Of a stretch of DNA of 64,000 bases, positions 43,763 to 59,321 are shown one piece after another. The stretch is from Eledone cirrhosa. Its lineage: Eukaryota. Under the pieces are notes generated by a model. The model worked only from the letters and a program-made list of their open reading frames with translations, made no database searches and had not been told where the DNA came from. The stretch lies in the NCBI GenBank assembly GCA_964016885.1, contig OZ024756.1:24676001-24740000 (forward strand). The letters are read 5' to 3'. The translations under genes and the position numbers were made by a program. Position 1 is the first letter of the stretch; each line of letters begins with the position of its first letter.

Positions 43763-44309
43763 GGCTCTGCCGAGGAGGGCAAACTCTCAAAATAACAGTC
43801 GCTCTCCGACAGGTTGAGCCCGTAGCAGTGGAGACTTCTGGTGTCCTTGACCAGAAAACCACCTCACTACTCACCACCATCGGCATGGAGTTAGCTACCC
43901 GCAGGTGTGATCCTCGCAAGCTAGAATGTCTCTTCCAACGCGTCTCCCTCTCCATCTACCGGAACAACGCCTTCTCTATTCTGTCCGCCGGGGCTGCGGG
44001 ATGAAAAACCACCCGTAGAGTGGTTTTTCTGATAGTTACTCTAATAGCATGTGTAGTGTACATATTTATATTATATGCAAATATACATGCATGTAGATAT
44101 GATATGTCAACTAAAATCGTAATTGAGAATATGCACAGAAATTGAACGAAGACACTGTTACACTGTCTTCTGTAATCAGTAAAGTAATCCATGATGCATT
44201 CAAAAAAGACGATATTATATATAAACTGCATAAAGGATTCTCGGTAAGAAAGTGTCCGAATCAAATTTTGTCTTTTCTTTCTTGCAAACATAAATATCGA
44301 TTAGTTTAT

Positions 44310-46881
44310 ATCATATTACTGGGTAGTGTAGGCGGCGAATTGGTGAATCGTCTATTAGTGTATAGTGTAGGTGGCGAATTGGTGAATTGTCTATTACTGG
44401 GTAGTGTAGGCGGCGAATTGGTGAATCGTCTATTAGTGTATAGTGTAGTTGGCGAATTGGTGAATTGTCTATTACTGGGTAGTGTAGGTAGCGAATTGGT
44501 GAATTGTCTATTACTGGGTAGTGTAGGTAGCGAATTGGTGAATTGTCTATTACTGGGTAGTGTAGGTAGCGAATTGGTGAATTGTCTATTACTGGGTAGT
44601 GTAGGTGGCGAATTGGTGAATTGTCTATTACTGGGTAGTGTAGGCGGCGAATTGGTGAATTGTCTATTACTGGGTAGTGTAGGTAGCGAATTGGTGAATT
44701 GTCTATTACTGGGTAGTGTAGGTAGCGAATTGGTGAATTGTCTATTACTGGGTAGTGTAGGTAGCGAATTGGTGAATTGTCTATTACTGGGTAGTGTAGG
44801 TAGCGAATTGGTGAATTGTCTATTACTGGGTAGTGTAGGTGGCGAATTGGTGAATTGTCTATTACTGGGTAGTGTAGGCGGCGAATTGGTGAATTGTCTA
44901 TTACTGGGTAGTGTAGGTGGCGAATTGGTGAATCGTCTATTACTGGGTAGTGTAGGTGGCGAATTGGTGAATTGTCTATTAGTGTATAGTGTAGGTGGCG
45001 AATTGGTGAATTGTCTATTACTGGGTAGTGTAGGCGGCGAATTGGTGAATTGTCTATTACTGGATAGTGTAGGTGGCGAATTGGTGAATTGTCTATTAGT
45101 GTATAGTGTAGGTGGCGAATTGGTGAATTGTCTATTACTGGGTAGTGTAGGCGGCGAATTGGTGAATTGTCTATTAGTGTATAGTGTAGGTAGCGAATTG
45201 GTGAATTGTCTATTAGTGTATAGTGTAGGTGGCGAATTGGTGAATTGTCTATTACTGGGTAGTGTAGGTAGCGAATTGGTGAATTGTCTATTACTGGGTA
45301 GTGTAGGTGGCGAATTGGTGAATTGTCTATTAGTGTATAGTGTAGGTGGCGAATTGGTGAATTGTCTATTAGTGTATAGTGTAGGCGGCGAATTGGTGAA
45401 TTGTCTATTAGTGTATAGTGTAGGTGGCGAATTGGTGAATTGTCTATTACTGGGTAGTGTAGGCGGCGAATTGGTGAATTGTCTATTACTGGGTAGTGTA
45501 GGCGGCGAATTGGTGAATTGTCTATTAGTGTATAGTGTAGGCGGCGAATTGGTGAATTGTCTATTACTGGGTAGTGTAGGTAGCGAATTGGTGAATTGTC
45601 TATTACTGGGTAGTGTAGGCGGCGAATTGGTGAATTGTCTATTACTGGGTAGTGTAGGCGGCGAATTGGTGAATTGTCTATTACTGGGTAGTGTAAGCGG
45701 CGAATTGGTGAATTGTCTATTACTGGGTAGTGTAGGTGGCGAATTGGTGAATTGTCTATTACTGGGTAGTGTAGGTGGCGAATTGGTGAATTGTCTATTA
45801 CTGGGTAGTGTAGGTGGCGAATTGGTGAATTGTCTATTACTGGGTAGTGTAGGCGGCGAATTGGTGAATTGTCTATTACTGGGTAGTGTAGGTGGCGAAT
45901 TGGTGAATTGTCTATTACTGGGTAGTGTAGGTGGCGAATTGGTGAATTGTCTATTACTGGGTAGTGTAGGCGGCGAATTGGTGAATTGTCTATTAGTGTA
46001 TAGTGTAGGCGGCGAATTGGTGAATTGTCTATTACTGGGTAGTGTAGGCGGCGAATTGGTGAATTGTCTATTAGTGTATAGTGTAGGCGGCGAATTGGTG
46101 AATTGTCTATTACTGGGTAGTGTAGGTGGCGAATTGGTGAATTGTCTATTACTGGGTAGTGTAGGTAGCGAATTGGTGAATTGTCTATTACTGGGTAGTG
46201 TAGGCGGCGAATTGGTGAATTGTCTATTACTGGGTAGTGTAGGTAGCGAATTGGTGAATTGTCTATTACTGGGTAGTGTAGGCGGCGAATTGGTGAATTG
46301 TCTATTAGTGTATAGTGTAGGCGGCGAATTGGTGAATTGTCTATTACTGGGTAGTGTAGGTGGCGAATTGGTGAATTGTCTATTACTGGGTAGTGTAGGT
46401 AGCGAATTGGTGAATTGTCTATTACTGGGTAGTGTAGGCGGCGAATTGGTGAATTGTCTATTAGTGTATAGTGTAGGCGGCGAATTGGTGAATTGTCTAT
46501 TACTGGGTAGTGTAGGCGGCGAATTGGTGAATTGTCTATTAGTGTATAGTGTAGGCGGCGAATTGGTGAATTGTCTATTACTGGGTAGTGTAGGCGGCGA
46601 ATTGGTGAATTGTCTATTACTGGGTAGTGTAGGCGGCGAATTGGTGAATTGTCTATTAGTGTATAGTGTAGGCGGCGAATTGGTGAATTGTCTATTACTG
46701 GGTAGTGTAGGCGGCGAATTGGTGAATTGTCTATTAGTGTATAGTGTAGGTGGCGAATTGGTGAATTGTCTATTAGTGTATAGTGTAGGTGGCGAATTGG
46801 TGAATTGTCTATTAGTGTATAGTGTAGGTGGCGAATTGGTGAATTGTCTATTAGTGTATAGTGTAGGTGGCGAATTGGTGA
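44310..46881. repeat. 39-bp minisatellite, about 66 copies, continuous with the 5' end of a SINE
   Basis: Unit tattactgggtagtgtaggcggcgaattggtgaattgtc with variants; last unit runs into SINE body. Confidence 0.97.
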
Positions 46882-47626
46882 AGTCGTTAGAACGTCAGAT
46901 AGAAAGCTTTGCGATATTCGTTCTGGCTCTCTGCTCTCTGAGTTCAAATCCCACCGCAGTCAACTTTGCCTTTCATCCATTCTAGATCGATAAAAAATGT
47001 ATCAGTCTGGTACTGTGGTTTATTTTTCCTCTATATTTTTTTCTCATTTAGGTTTATTTCAGTTTTTATCGTTACTCGTGTTCATAGATTAAATACCAAT
47101 ACCAGTCATATTTTGGGGATTTACAGTTTGTCATCAAATCATTACCTCACTCCCCTTCACCATGCCCTCAGTCTTCTCAAAATTATATGACCTTTATACG
47201 AGAAATAATTGTTTCTACTTTTGGCACAAGGCCAGCAATTACCAAGTGCATTACTGGTACTTTATTTTATCGACCCCGTAAGGATGAAAGGCAAAGTTAA
47301 CCTTGGCAGGATTTGAACTCAGATCATAAAGGGACGTGACTACGCTGGAAAGCATGTTCGACCCTCTACCGATACTGCCAATTCACCGCCCTAAATACGA
47401 GAAATAAGGATTTTTAATTTAGACACAAGGCCAACAATTTAAGGGAAGGGATATGTCAATTAAATCAACCACACTGCATTACCGATACCTTATTTTATCG
47501 ACCCTGTAAGGATGAAAGACAAAGTAGACCTTGGCGGGATTTGAACTCAGACCGTACCAATCTAATCAACCTTCCAATACTAGAAATAGAGAAGAAAATT
47601 TTAATGATTTTCATGTTTCTTTTCAG

Positions 47627-47697
47627 ATCCCGAAAGAGAAAAGAGGAGTTCTTCCAAAGCAGAGCAGGAAAACTATATCACGTCCAGACATATGCAG
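47627..47697 (+). CDS. PKHD1L1: PKHD1L1-like exon (SRKRKEEFFQSRAGKLYHVQTYA)
   Basis: tttcag| ... |gtaagg; phase 2-1; conserved QTYA. Confidence 0.9.
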
Positions 47698-47832
47698 GTA
47701 AGGGAGGAGTCTGGAGAGTTTTGAAGGGCTAGCAGGAGTGTGAAGGGGCCAGAAGGAGCCATAAGGGACCAGTAGATTTCAATGTTATTGGGTACTATAT
47801 CACGTATGATTATATATGTGTTTCTCTGTGAA

Positions 47833-47897
<65 letters not shown>

Positions 47898-48564
47898 ATA
47901 CTTCGGGAGGGTCATGTTGCCAATAAGAAACACACGCACAAGTTGCTTTTACTACAATTTATTATAAATTTAAAAAAAATTTTTAATTTATAAATTTCCG
48001 GTTGGTTGGTTGGTTGGTTCCACAACCGGACGGTTGTTCATATATTGTCAAAGTTCTTTCGTCACACATTCTGTGACCTCTTCTACTGTATATACATATA
48101 TATATATATACTATAAAGTATGTCCATAGAATCATTTGATAATATATATAATGAACTGGGTAATTGCTGGCCTTGTGCCTAAAGTAGAAACAAATATATA
48201 TACACCATTTCCTCTCCCAATTAGCATAATTAGCCACACAAAAAATCAATTAGACCAGGCTATAAGATTAAAAGGTACCTATGAAGAAATAATAGATAAA
48301 TAAACGACAGCAATCTCTTCGCGACCAACCGCTATAGAATATTTACCCACCATTTCAATAGCACGTGGAAATCGATTAAATAAATATATCGTCAACCATA
48401 CACAATTATGTATAAAATTAAAGTTAGAAGAAAAATGCATATACACATACCAGCATTACGCTTCTACCCCTTGGGGTTTCATTCGCTTTTGGAAATATCC
48501 TATTAAGGATAAAATTCCTTATATATATTCCTTATATATATTCCTTAATTCCTTATATATATAC

Positions 48565-48759
48565 AGTAGAAGGAAGATGCAGTAGAGGAAGACCACGAAA
48601 AACATGGGCGGAGGTGGTGAGAACGGACCTCAAATCGCTAAAACTTACGGAAGAGATGACGAAGTACCGTGACAAGTGGAGAGATGCTGTGCTGAATAGA
48701 ACACGTCCCACCCTTGCAAGCAGGGAAAAGTGGACTTAAATGATGAGGATAATGAGGAT

Positions 48760-48760
<1 letters not shown>
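48565..48760 (+). mobile_element. RTE-like LINE 3' end with (GAT)n-like tail
   Basis: R.RGRPRKTW.EVVR.DL...RDKWR; 3' gcaagcagggaaaagtggacttaaatgatg. Confidence 0.65.
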
Positions 48761-48795
<35 letters not shown>

Positions 48796-48867
48796 ATCCT
48801 CATTATCCTCATCATTTATATATATATATATGTATGTATGTGCGCTTGTATAACTATACACATATAT

Positions 48868-48920
<53 letters not shown>

Positions 48921-49249
48921 GTTTGTATATGTATAATAAAGCCAAAACAATGCAGGTATGGACATAGAATAAAGAATGCAAATGCAAAAGATATTGTTGA
49001 CAATTAGTCTTTTACCTTAGATTTATTTAAATGTCCTTAATTTTCGAGATAATATCTCTTCTTCGGAGGGAAGTAAAGCTGTTAAACCAGTGTTCTAAAT
49101 AGCTTGCCAAGTCATGCTGACAGGAAATGGTATAGAGTATCTGTTCTATCTCTAATGTCAAAGAGTTAAGGAATTTTAGCCTGATAATGAGGTTGAGCCC
49201 CATTATCAGGCTAAAATTCCTTTAGTCAAAAATACGGTGAAAGCTATTC

Positions 49250-49329
<80 letters not shown>

Positions 49330-49341
<12 letters not shown>

Positions 49342-49622
49342 TGAGGATGTCTGTTTGTGAGTGTGTGAGTTTGAATCCCTAAAACTCGAGAAGCACCCAA
49401 CCGACTGTTTTCAAACTTTACACATCTAATACTTATGTTTCAGGGAGTGTTCTGAGCAAAAAACATTTCAAATGTTCAATGCCCTAGGGACCGAATTAGG
49501 CGATTTAGCGATCTCTCTCTATAATTCTTAGTCTTTCTCTTTTTAGATAGATACATACGTCGCGCCCTTATAATAATATGTCTGTATGTCTGACTGTCTG
49601 CAATACGTCACTTCCCTGAGGA

Positions 49623-49680
<58 letters not shown>

Positions 49681-50061
49681 TGTGTGTGTGTGTGTGTGTG
49701 TCTGTTAGTTTGAATTCCTAAAACTCGAGAAGTATCCAACCGACTTTTTTCAAACTTTACATGTGTATTACTTATGTTTCAGGGAGTGTTATGCACATAA
49801 ATTCAATTTTTTGATCCCCTAGGAGGTGAAAAACTGCGTTTTTTTTCAGGTTTTTAGGAATTTTTTGAGGCGTTACGTCAGACTGATTTCCTTGATTATG
49901 TATTAGTCAGTCTCTTCTTCATGCCGTGAGCAATGAAAATCGAACTTTTTTATGGCCTAGGGCCCGCATTAGGTGAAAAAGTTCATTTTTTCAACTTTTT
50001 AAGGCTTTTTTGAGGCGTTCCAAAATACCTTATAGCGTGCAACGCCGGGTACCACTGCTAG
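49330..50061 (+). mobile_element. Non-autonomous Helitron-like element with an internally duplicated 5' segment
   Basis: Starts tatataaaactgaggatgtctgt, repeated near 49617; ends gcgtgcaacgccgggtaccactgCTAGT. Confidence 0.6.
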
Positions 50062-50070
50062 TATAATATA

Positions 50071-50135
<65 letters not shown>

Positions 50136-50317
50136 TATATATTATATATATATATTGGTATCACCCTAACTATATATACGTATATATTGGTATCACCTTC
50201 ATTATATATACGTACATATTATATTGGTGTATCCTCCTCTATTTATATGTATTTCCATTGAAATCATCGAAGTAAGGATTGTTGACTATTTATGTTCCTC
50301 GGGTGTTTCCATTTCAG

Positions 50318-50428
50318 AAATTGAATCAGTTCACCCTAGCGAGGGCAGCGTTCTAGGAGGAGCTTCCCTGACCATTAAAGGAAAGAACTTTGATGAAACA
50401 ACAGTTAAGGCCGAGGTATTTGTAGGAG
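50318..50428 (+). CDS. PKHD1L1: PKHD1L1-like exon, IPT/TIG (EIESVHPSEGSVLGGASLTIKGKNFDETTVKAEVFVGG)
   Basis: tttcag| ... |gtaggg; phase 1-1; TIG motif P..GS..GG..LTI.G..F. Confidence 0.95.
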
Positions 50429-50853
50429 GTAGGGTTATGTAAATTTTCTAGTCTTGTTTGTTAACATTTATCAAAAAACTTCCCATCATAATATAATTTT
50501 AGAAACTGTATTAAGTTATGTTCCAAACACTAGCTTTAATAATAAGAAAATTTGTTATATTACTACATACCTCCAAATTCTTGATTATTTTAAAAACTAT
50601 TTGAAAATCAGAGCAGTATCTTTCATTAGAAATATGTCAGCAAAATGGTAAAAGTGTATATATTTATCTAAAAAACTTTTATCATAATTTTATCTAAGAA
50701 CTTTTGTTAAGCTATGTTCCAAACACCAGCTTAATAATGAGAAAATTTGTTGTTTTTCAAATACTTGATTATTTTTAAAAATCGTATGTAGTATCTTTTA
50801 TTGGAAATATGGTAAGAAAATGGTTAAATGATGATTTGTTTTTCATTAAAAAG

Positions 50854-50946
50854 GTAAACGGTGTGTGATCACATCCAAAGTAACAGACGATACCATCATA
50901 TGTGATGTAGCTTCAATACCAGACGACATGCCATCGATACATGCAG
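50854..50946 (+). CDS. PKHD1L1: PKHD1L1-like exon (KRCVITSKVTDDTIICDVASIPDDMPSIHAG)
   Basis: aaaaag| ... |gttagt; phase 1-1; second half of TIG (C...VT...I.C). Confidence 0.85.
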
Positions 50947-51174
50947 GTTAGTGACATTATTTTGGCAGAATCGGTAGAGCGTTGGACACCATGCTTTGTA
51001 GCATAGAGTTATGGCCCTTGGCGTTCTGATTTCAAATCCCGCCAAGGTTAACTTTGCCTTTCATCCTTACGTAGTCGATAAAAGAAAGTACCAGTGATAC
51101 ACTGGGTTATCGCTGGTCTTGTGGCAAAAGAAGAAACAATTATTTACTATTCTGTAGTGGTAGTGGTAATGGTG

Positions 51175-53686
<2,512 letters not shown>

Positions 53687-53767
53687 TAGTACTATAACTT
53701 AGTATCCCTGAAATATATATAACGAAATAAATTATGATGCTATAGTGATATATTTTCCATTTATTAC

Positions 53768-53814
<47 letters not shown>

Positions 53815-53819
<5 letters not shown>

Positions 53820-54228
53820 ATGAATAAAACAATGAAACAGTTCCTTATATTAAACAAAAAAAGTTCATTATTTAACGATCGTTTCTAGGATATATATGTG
53901 TTAGAATTGGCATGCATATTCAACAGATCTATGTACAAAATTATACAAAATTATACAAACTATCAAGATTAAATATACATACCAAACACACATATATGCC
54001 GTCTTCAGAAATAATGAAATATTTCATTATTTCTGAAGACGGCATATATGTGTGTTTGGTATGTATATTTAATCTTGATAGTTTGTATAATTTTGTATAA
54101 TTTTGTACATAGATCTGTTGAATATGCATGCCAATTCTAACACATATATATCCTAGAAACGATCGTTAAATAATGAACTTTTTTTGTTTAATATAAGGAA
54201 CTGTTTCATTGTTTTATTCATTATTTTT
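53815..54228. repeat. Near-perfect 410-bp palindrome centred near 54020
   Basis: Identical 62-aa ORFs on both strands; centre gaaatatttc with no spacer. Confidence 0.95.
54025..54175 (+). ncRNA. Hammerhead ribozyme core with greatly extended stem II, mirrored on the minus strand
   Basis: CAUUAUUU-CUGAAGA-(about 116 nt)-GAAA-CGAUCG-UU^-AAAUAAUG. Confidence 0.65.
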
Positions 54229-54369
54229 TTAATATTTTATCTTGACTCTGTATTCCGTTTATCTTTCACCGAAAGTGATTTTTCATTGCATCTCTTCTTT
54301 CCATGATATCCGGACTACATTGAGTTCTTCATACGGATTGGACACTACCGTAAACTCTTGGTAGATTTA

Positions 54370-54419
<50 letters not shown>

Positions 54420-54465
54420 AAGGAAAAGCGAAGTAGTTTCAGATGTTCAAGTCCTTTAATAATAA

Positions 54466-54540
54466 TGCTGTGATATATATTTCAATGACGACACTGGCCA
54501 CACTGTTCTGTGTGCGAGTGTCGTGTCATCATCAGACAGC
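54466..54540 (-). ncRNA. Minimal hammerhead ribozyme
   Basis: Minus strand GCUGU-CUGAUGA-UGACACGACACU...AGUGUCGUCAUU-GAAA-UAUAUA-UC^-ACAGC. Confidence 0.78.
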
Positions 54541-55181
54541 TTGTTACATAATAAGGTTATGTTTCCGAGGCAATCTAAATTGAATCGACATGGGAACAGA
54601 TGAAGTTCGTGCTTTTGGGTTTTTCATCCGTTCCCTTGTGAGTACCAATTCACCCCCACCGGTCTGCGCAAGCGCATGTCCGAAGGAAGTTGACCATTAA
54701 CCACCGCCGATTTCAACGAAATTCGCTGTCAGTTCACCCTCTCAGCCAAAACAATGGCCCACCTATGCCCTACCAAAGTTTACTGCTACCCATCACTACT
54801 GTGGCAGTCAGCCGAAAGCCAGAGGGGATGGGAGGGTGTTAGTTTTTATAGGTCATAATACTACCTTTCACTAAGCGTTGACAGTAAGACTGACCATCAA
54901 CTCATAAGGGAAAATAAACTTAATTCTAGGTACCATGGTTTTACATTGGAAGTTAATAGTGAGAGTTGGAAATAAAAATTTAATTTTTAAGGAAAAAGGG
55001 GAAGAGAGGAAAAAAACAAATATTTCAAATTATTTAGATGAATTATTTATTAATATCATTCATATTATACACCAGAGAACTTGCCGAGTGCTTCGAATCT
55101 GTTATAAATATATATATTTGTTGAATTACCAACAAATTAAATATCCCTTTGCTTATATATATATATGTGTATGTGTGTGTT

Positions 55182-55272
<91 letters not shown>

Positions 55273-55624
55273 TAATATCTCTTCTTCGGAGGGAGGTAAA
55301 GCGGTTAAACCAGTGTTCTAAATAGCTTGCCAAGTCATGCTGACAGGAAATGGTATACCATTTCCTGTCAGCATGACTTGGCAAGCTATTTAGAACACTG
55401 GTTTAACCGCTTTACTTCCCTCCGAAGAAGAGATATTATCTCGAAAATAAAGGACATTTAAATATATATATTTAAATGATTAGAATACTGGAGCGTGTTT
55501 GAGTCAAACACCCTCTTCGTATTATAGAAATGACAGTAAAAGGTATAGCTCAATGCAGTTAAACAGAGCCAAAAAATTAAGAGAGTAAAACAAAGAATCC
55601 TTTAATACATCAAAAGTTTTTATT

Positions 55625-55664
55625 AGCCGACAATGTTTCGTCCTATTAAGGACTCATCAGGGCA
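55625..55664 (-). ncRNA. Canonical minimal hammerhead ribozyme
   Basis: Minus strand GCC-CUGAUGA-GUCCU/AGGAC-GAAA-CAUUG-UC^-GGC. Confidence 0.85.
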
Positions 55665-56002
55665 ATCAAAACAACAAGAGGTAATATCGGCAGATACAAG
55701 CCAGAAACTCTGAAGAATATGGAGTGTACATACACTAATGTCTTACAAAGATATACGATAATAAAAATGAAAATAAAGATAAAAATAATAAAAATATATA
55801 ATAACTAAGGATGTAGATAACATTAAGAACCATATTACAAATATAGTCCAAAACCACCAACCTAAATCTAAACAAATTTGGTTATATACAGCAGGAATTA
55901 TATATAACACAATATAATACATTATAATAATAATATATTTATACCAACATTAAAAATTCCAAATTAAAAATCAAAAGGTACAATATATACATGTATATAT
56001 GT

Positions 56003-56045
<43 letters not shown>

Positions 56046-56779
56046 ACAATACACATATCTATGTTCTATTACACAGAAATTAAGCCCTATTAGAAGTTTG
56101 AATATTAAAAATAAGCATGGTAATAGTGAAAATAATACTAATACATCTACCCAATATACATGAGGCAATAATATGATATAATTACAAGAAACACATATAA
56201 CAAATAATAAACAACAAAATTATATAATTCAATACAATATAATAAAGTAGAATAGATAATCCCCGGTTAATTTACAGAAACAATATAGATGTCACAATGA
56301 AATACAATGATAAAATGTTAACATTATGTTAACAAGTACCATAAGCAATATATACAAAATGATTCATACTGGGTTACATAATAAATGAGGAAATATAAAT
56401 CATATAATACTCAAAAAAACTATAATGGTACAGGGAAAAATTGTGATGTTACAGAAAAGATATGATGTTACAGAAAAAAATATACAGACATCTCACATGA
56501 TATGTAAAGTCTAAATATCATAATGTTACATATTACAATATTAAAAATATATATATATATATATATGTAAAGTTATATTTAAAATTGTTGGGTTACAAAA
56601 CTAGACTAAAATCAAATGAAGTTGATGTTTATTACGGTATGTCGAATATATTTATCTATAAAACTGTTTATATTGTATTTTGTCTGATGAAGGCATAGCA
56701 TATTGTTAATATGATATCCCCGAAATATATATAATGAAATAAATATGGTTTTATAAATATAGTTTTCCATTTATTTAAT

Positions 56780-56867
<88 letters not shown>

Positions 56868-56980
56868 TCCCTATCTATCTATCACTCTATCTCTCTCTTT
56901 GTCTCTTTCTATCTTTATCTATCTATCTATCATCCATCTATCCCTTTATCTCTCTCTCTCTCTATCTATCTCTCTCTCTC

Positions 56981-57027
<47 letters not shown>

Positions 57028-57050
57028 ACCACTCTGTCTGTGTGTTACAG

Positions 57051-57307
57051 GAAACCGAGGTATGAAAGTGGAGAGCTGGAATTTCTCATTAAATTCCCTT
57101 TCCAAAGTACGATCCTATGATGGGAACAATTCTGGTTACGAGCAGCACTGGAGTGAGAATGGTAAATACGAAACGAGCAGTGACCGAAAAAGTATTCGAA
57201 TGTCAGGATTTTTGTTTCCTATCTACACTGGCAAACATTTCCTCAGATTAAGTAGTAATGGACCGTCACAGATTTGGTTGAGCAAGAACGAGAGTAAAGA
57301 ATTCTTG
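57051..57307 (+). CDS. PKHD1L1: PKHD1L1-like exon, PA14-like region ([11 protein letters not shown]...[12 protein letters not shown]...[13 protein letters not shown])
   Basis: ttacag| ... |gtaaga; phase 1-0; resembles GGRGLKLEVWN...RFSGFL. Confidence 0.92.
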
Positions 57308-57489
57308 GTAAGAAACTGTCTGTATCGAATCTTCTATCTACTTTCTAGCAAATGTAAATATCAACTGCTTTATGTCATTCGTTGACAGAACGTCTGCTAA
57401 TTCCACCCAAATTATGTTAACTATCAAAGGTGGACTGGGTCTTAAAACCAGTCCAGTCACACTGGCCACACTTGCTAACACGCTACCAG

Positions 57490-57850
57490 GAGTATTTTAC
57501 TGCTCAGCTAGGGTGACACTAGTTAACTGGCTACTGAGGGCCAGGTGCTCAGCTAAGGTGATTCTAACTAACAGACTGTTGAGAGCCAGAGGTGTGTTTT
57601 CACTGCTCAGCTAAGGTGACAATAACTAACAGACTGTAGAGGGCCAGAGGTATGTTTTCACTGCTCAGCTAGGGTGACGCTGACTAAGATTGCTGAGGGC
57701 CAGAGGTGTTGTTTCACTGCTCAGCTAAGGTGACATAAACTAACAGACTAATGAGGGCCAGAGGTGTGTTTTCACTGCTCAGCTATGGTGACACTGACTA
57801 ACAGACTGTTGAGGGCCAGAGGCGTGTTTTCACTGCTCAACTAAGGTGAC
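57490..57850. repeat. About 58-bp degenerate minisatellite, about 6-7 copies
   Basis: gccagaggtgtgttttcactgctcagctaaggtgac...actaacagactg at 57585, 57643, 57699, 57757, 57815. Confidence 0.88.
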
Positions 57851-57876
57851 ATTTATCTTTATATTTGTTTATTCAG

Positions 57877-57920
57877 CGTCGTTCTGAGAATGTCGAAGTT
57901 GATCTGATCAAAGACAAAAG
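57877..57920 (+). CDS. PKHD1L1: PKHD1L1-like short exon (RRSENVEVDLIKDKR)
   Basis: attcag| ... |gtaaaa; phase 0-2 bridges the neighbours; resembles RSDDIHLQKGKE. Confidence 0.8.
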
Positions 57921-58244
57921 GTAAAAAATCAATCAGTTTTCTACACCTTTAACTTTATCACTCACTACGTCATGTTGTTGTCATTGTTGTTGTTAAGTAG
58001 CTGATATTATTGTGGCTATTATTGTGTTTGTGGTTGTTGTGAGTGTTATTGTAGCTGATGGTGTGACTGTTATTCTATCTGTTGTTATTGTTATTGTAGC
58101 TGCTGTTGTTTCGGTTGTTATTGTTGCAGCTGTTGTTGTGGTTGTGTTTGTGGTTGTTATTATAGCACTCATCATTGATCTTTCTAGAAATAATGTCTAA
58201 CCCTTAGCTCCTCTGACGAAGGTGCATTTTCTTTTATATTCTCT

Positions 58245-59321
58245 ATTTCTCTCTCCATCTCTCAATCCTCTATTCCAACTACTCCCTCTCTATCTATCTA
58301 TCTCTCACATACCCCCTCTCTCATCTATTCCAGCTACCTTCTCTCTATCTCTCACACTCTCCTCTCCCTCTCTCATCGATTCCAGCTAATTTCTCTCTAT
58401 CTCTCACACTCTCCTCTCCCTCTCTCATCTATTCCAGCTACTTTCACTCTATCTCTCACACTCTCCTCTCCCTCTCTCATATATTCCAGCTACTTTCTCT
58501 CTATCTCTCACACTCTCCTCTCCCTCTCTCATCTATTCCAGCTACTTTCTCTCTAGCTCTCACACTCTCCTCACCCTCTCTCATCTATTCCAGCTACTTT
58601 CTCTCTATCTCTCACACTCTCCTCTCCCTCTCTCATCGATTCCAGCTAATTTCTCTCTATCTCTCACACTCTCCTCTCCCTCTCTCATCTATTCCAGCTA
58701 CTTTCTCTCTATCTCTCACACTCTCCTCTCCCTCTCTCATCTATTCCAGCTACTTTCTCTCTATCTCTCACACTCTCCTCTCCCTCTCTCATCTATTCCA
58801 GATACTTTCTCTCTATCTCTCACACTCTCCTCTCCCTCTCTCATCTATTCCAGCTACTTTCTCTCTATCTCTCACACTCTCCTCTCCCTCTCTCATATAT
58901 TCCAGCTACTTTCTCTCTATCTCTCACACTCTCCTCTCCCTCTCTCATCTATTCCAGCTACTTTCTCTCTATCTCTCACACTCTCCTCTCCCACTCTCAT
59001 ATATTCCAGCTACTTTCTCTCTATCTCACACACTCTCCTCTCCCTCTCTCATCTATTCCAGCTACTTTCTCTCTATCTCTCACACTCTCCTCTCCCACTC
59101 TCATCTATTCCAGCTACTTTCTCTCTATCTCTCACACTCTCCTCTCCCACTCTCATCTATTCCAGCTACTTTCTCTCTATTTCTCACACTCTCCTCTCCC
59201 TCTCTCATCTATTCCAGCTACTTTCTCTCTATCTCTCACACTCTCCCCTCCCTCTCTCCTCTATTCCAGCTACTTTCTGTCTATCTCTCACACTCTCCTC
59301 TCCCTCTCTCATATATTCTAG
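58245..59321 (+). repeat. 52-bp pyrimidine-rich minisatellite, about 20 copies, ending at the 3' splice site of exon 59322
   Basis: Unit ctactttctctctatctctcacactctcctctccctctctcatctattccag; AGs at 59165, 59217, 59269 and the real acceptor at 59321. Confidence 0.95.

Noticed and set aside
44142-46985. 947-aa and 878-aa ORFs
   Set aside because: Products of a stop-free 39-bp (13-codon) minisatellite, open on both strands, intronic and ending in a SINE
58213-58230. CTGACGA hammerhead start
   Set aside because: No downstream stem II, GAAA or stem III
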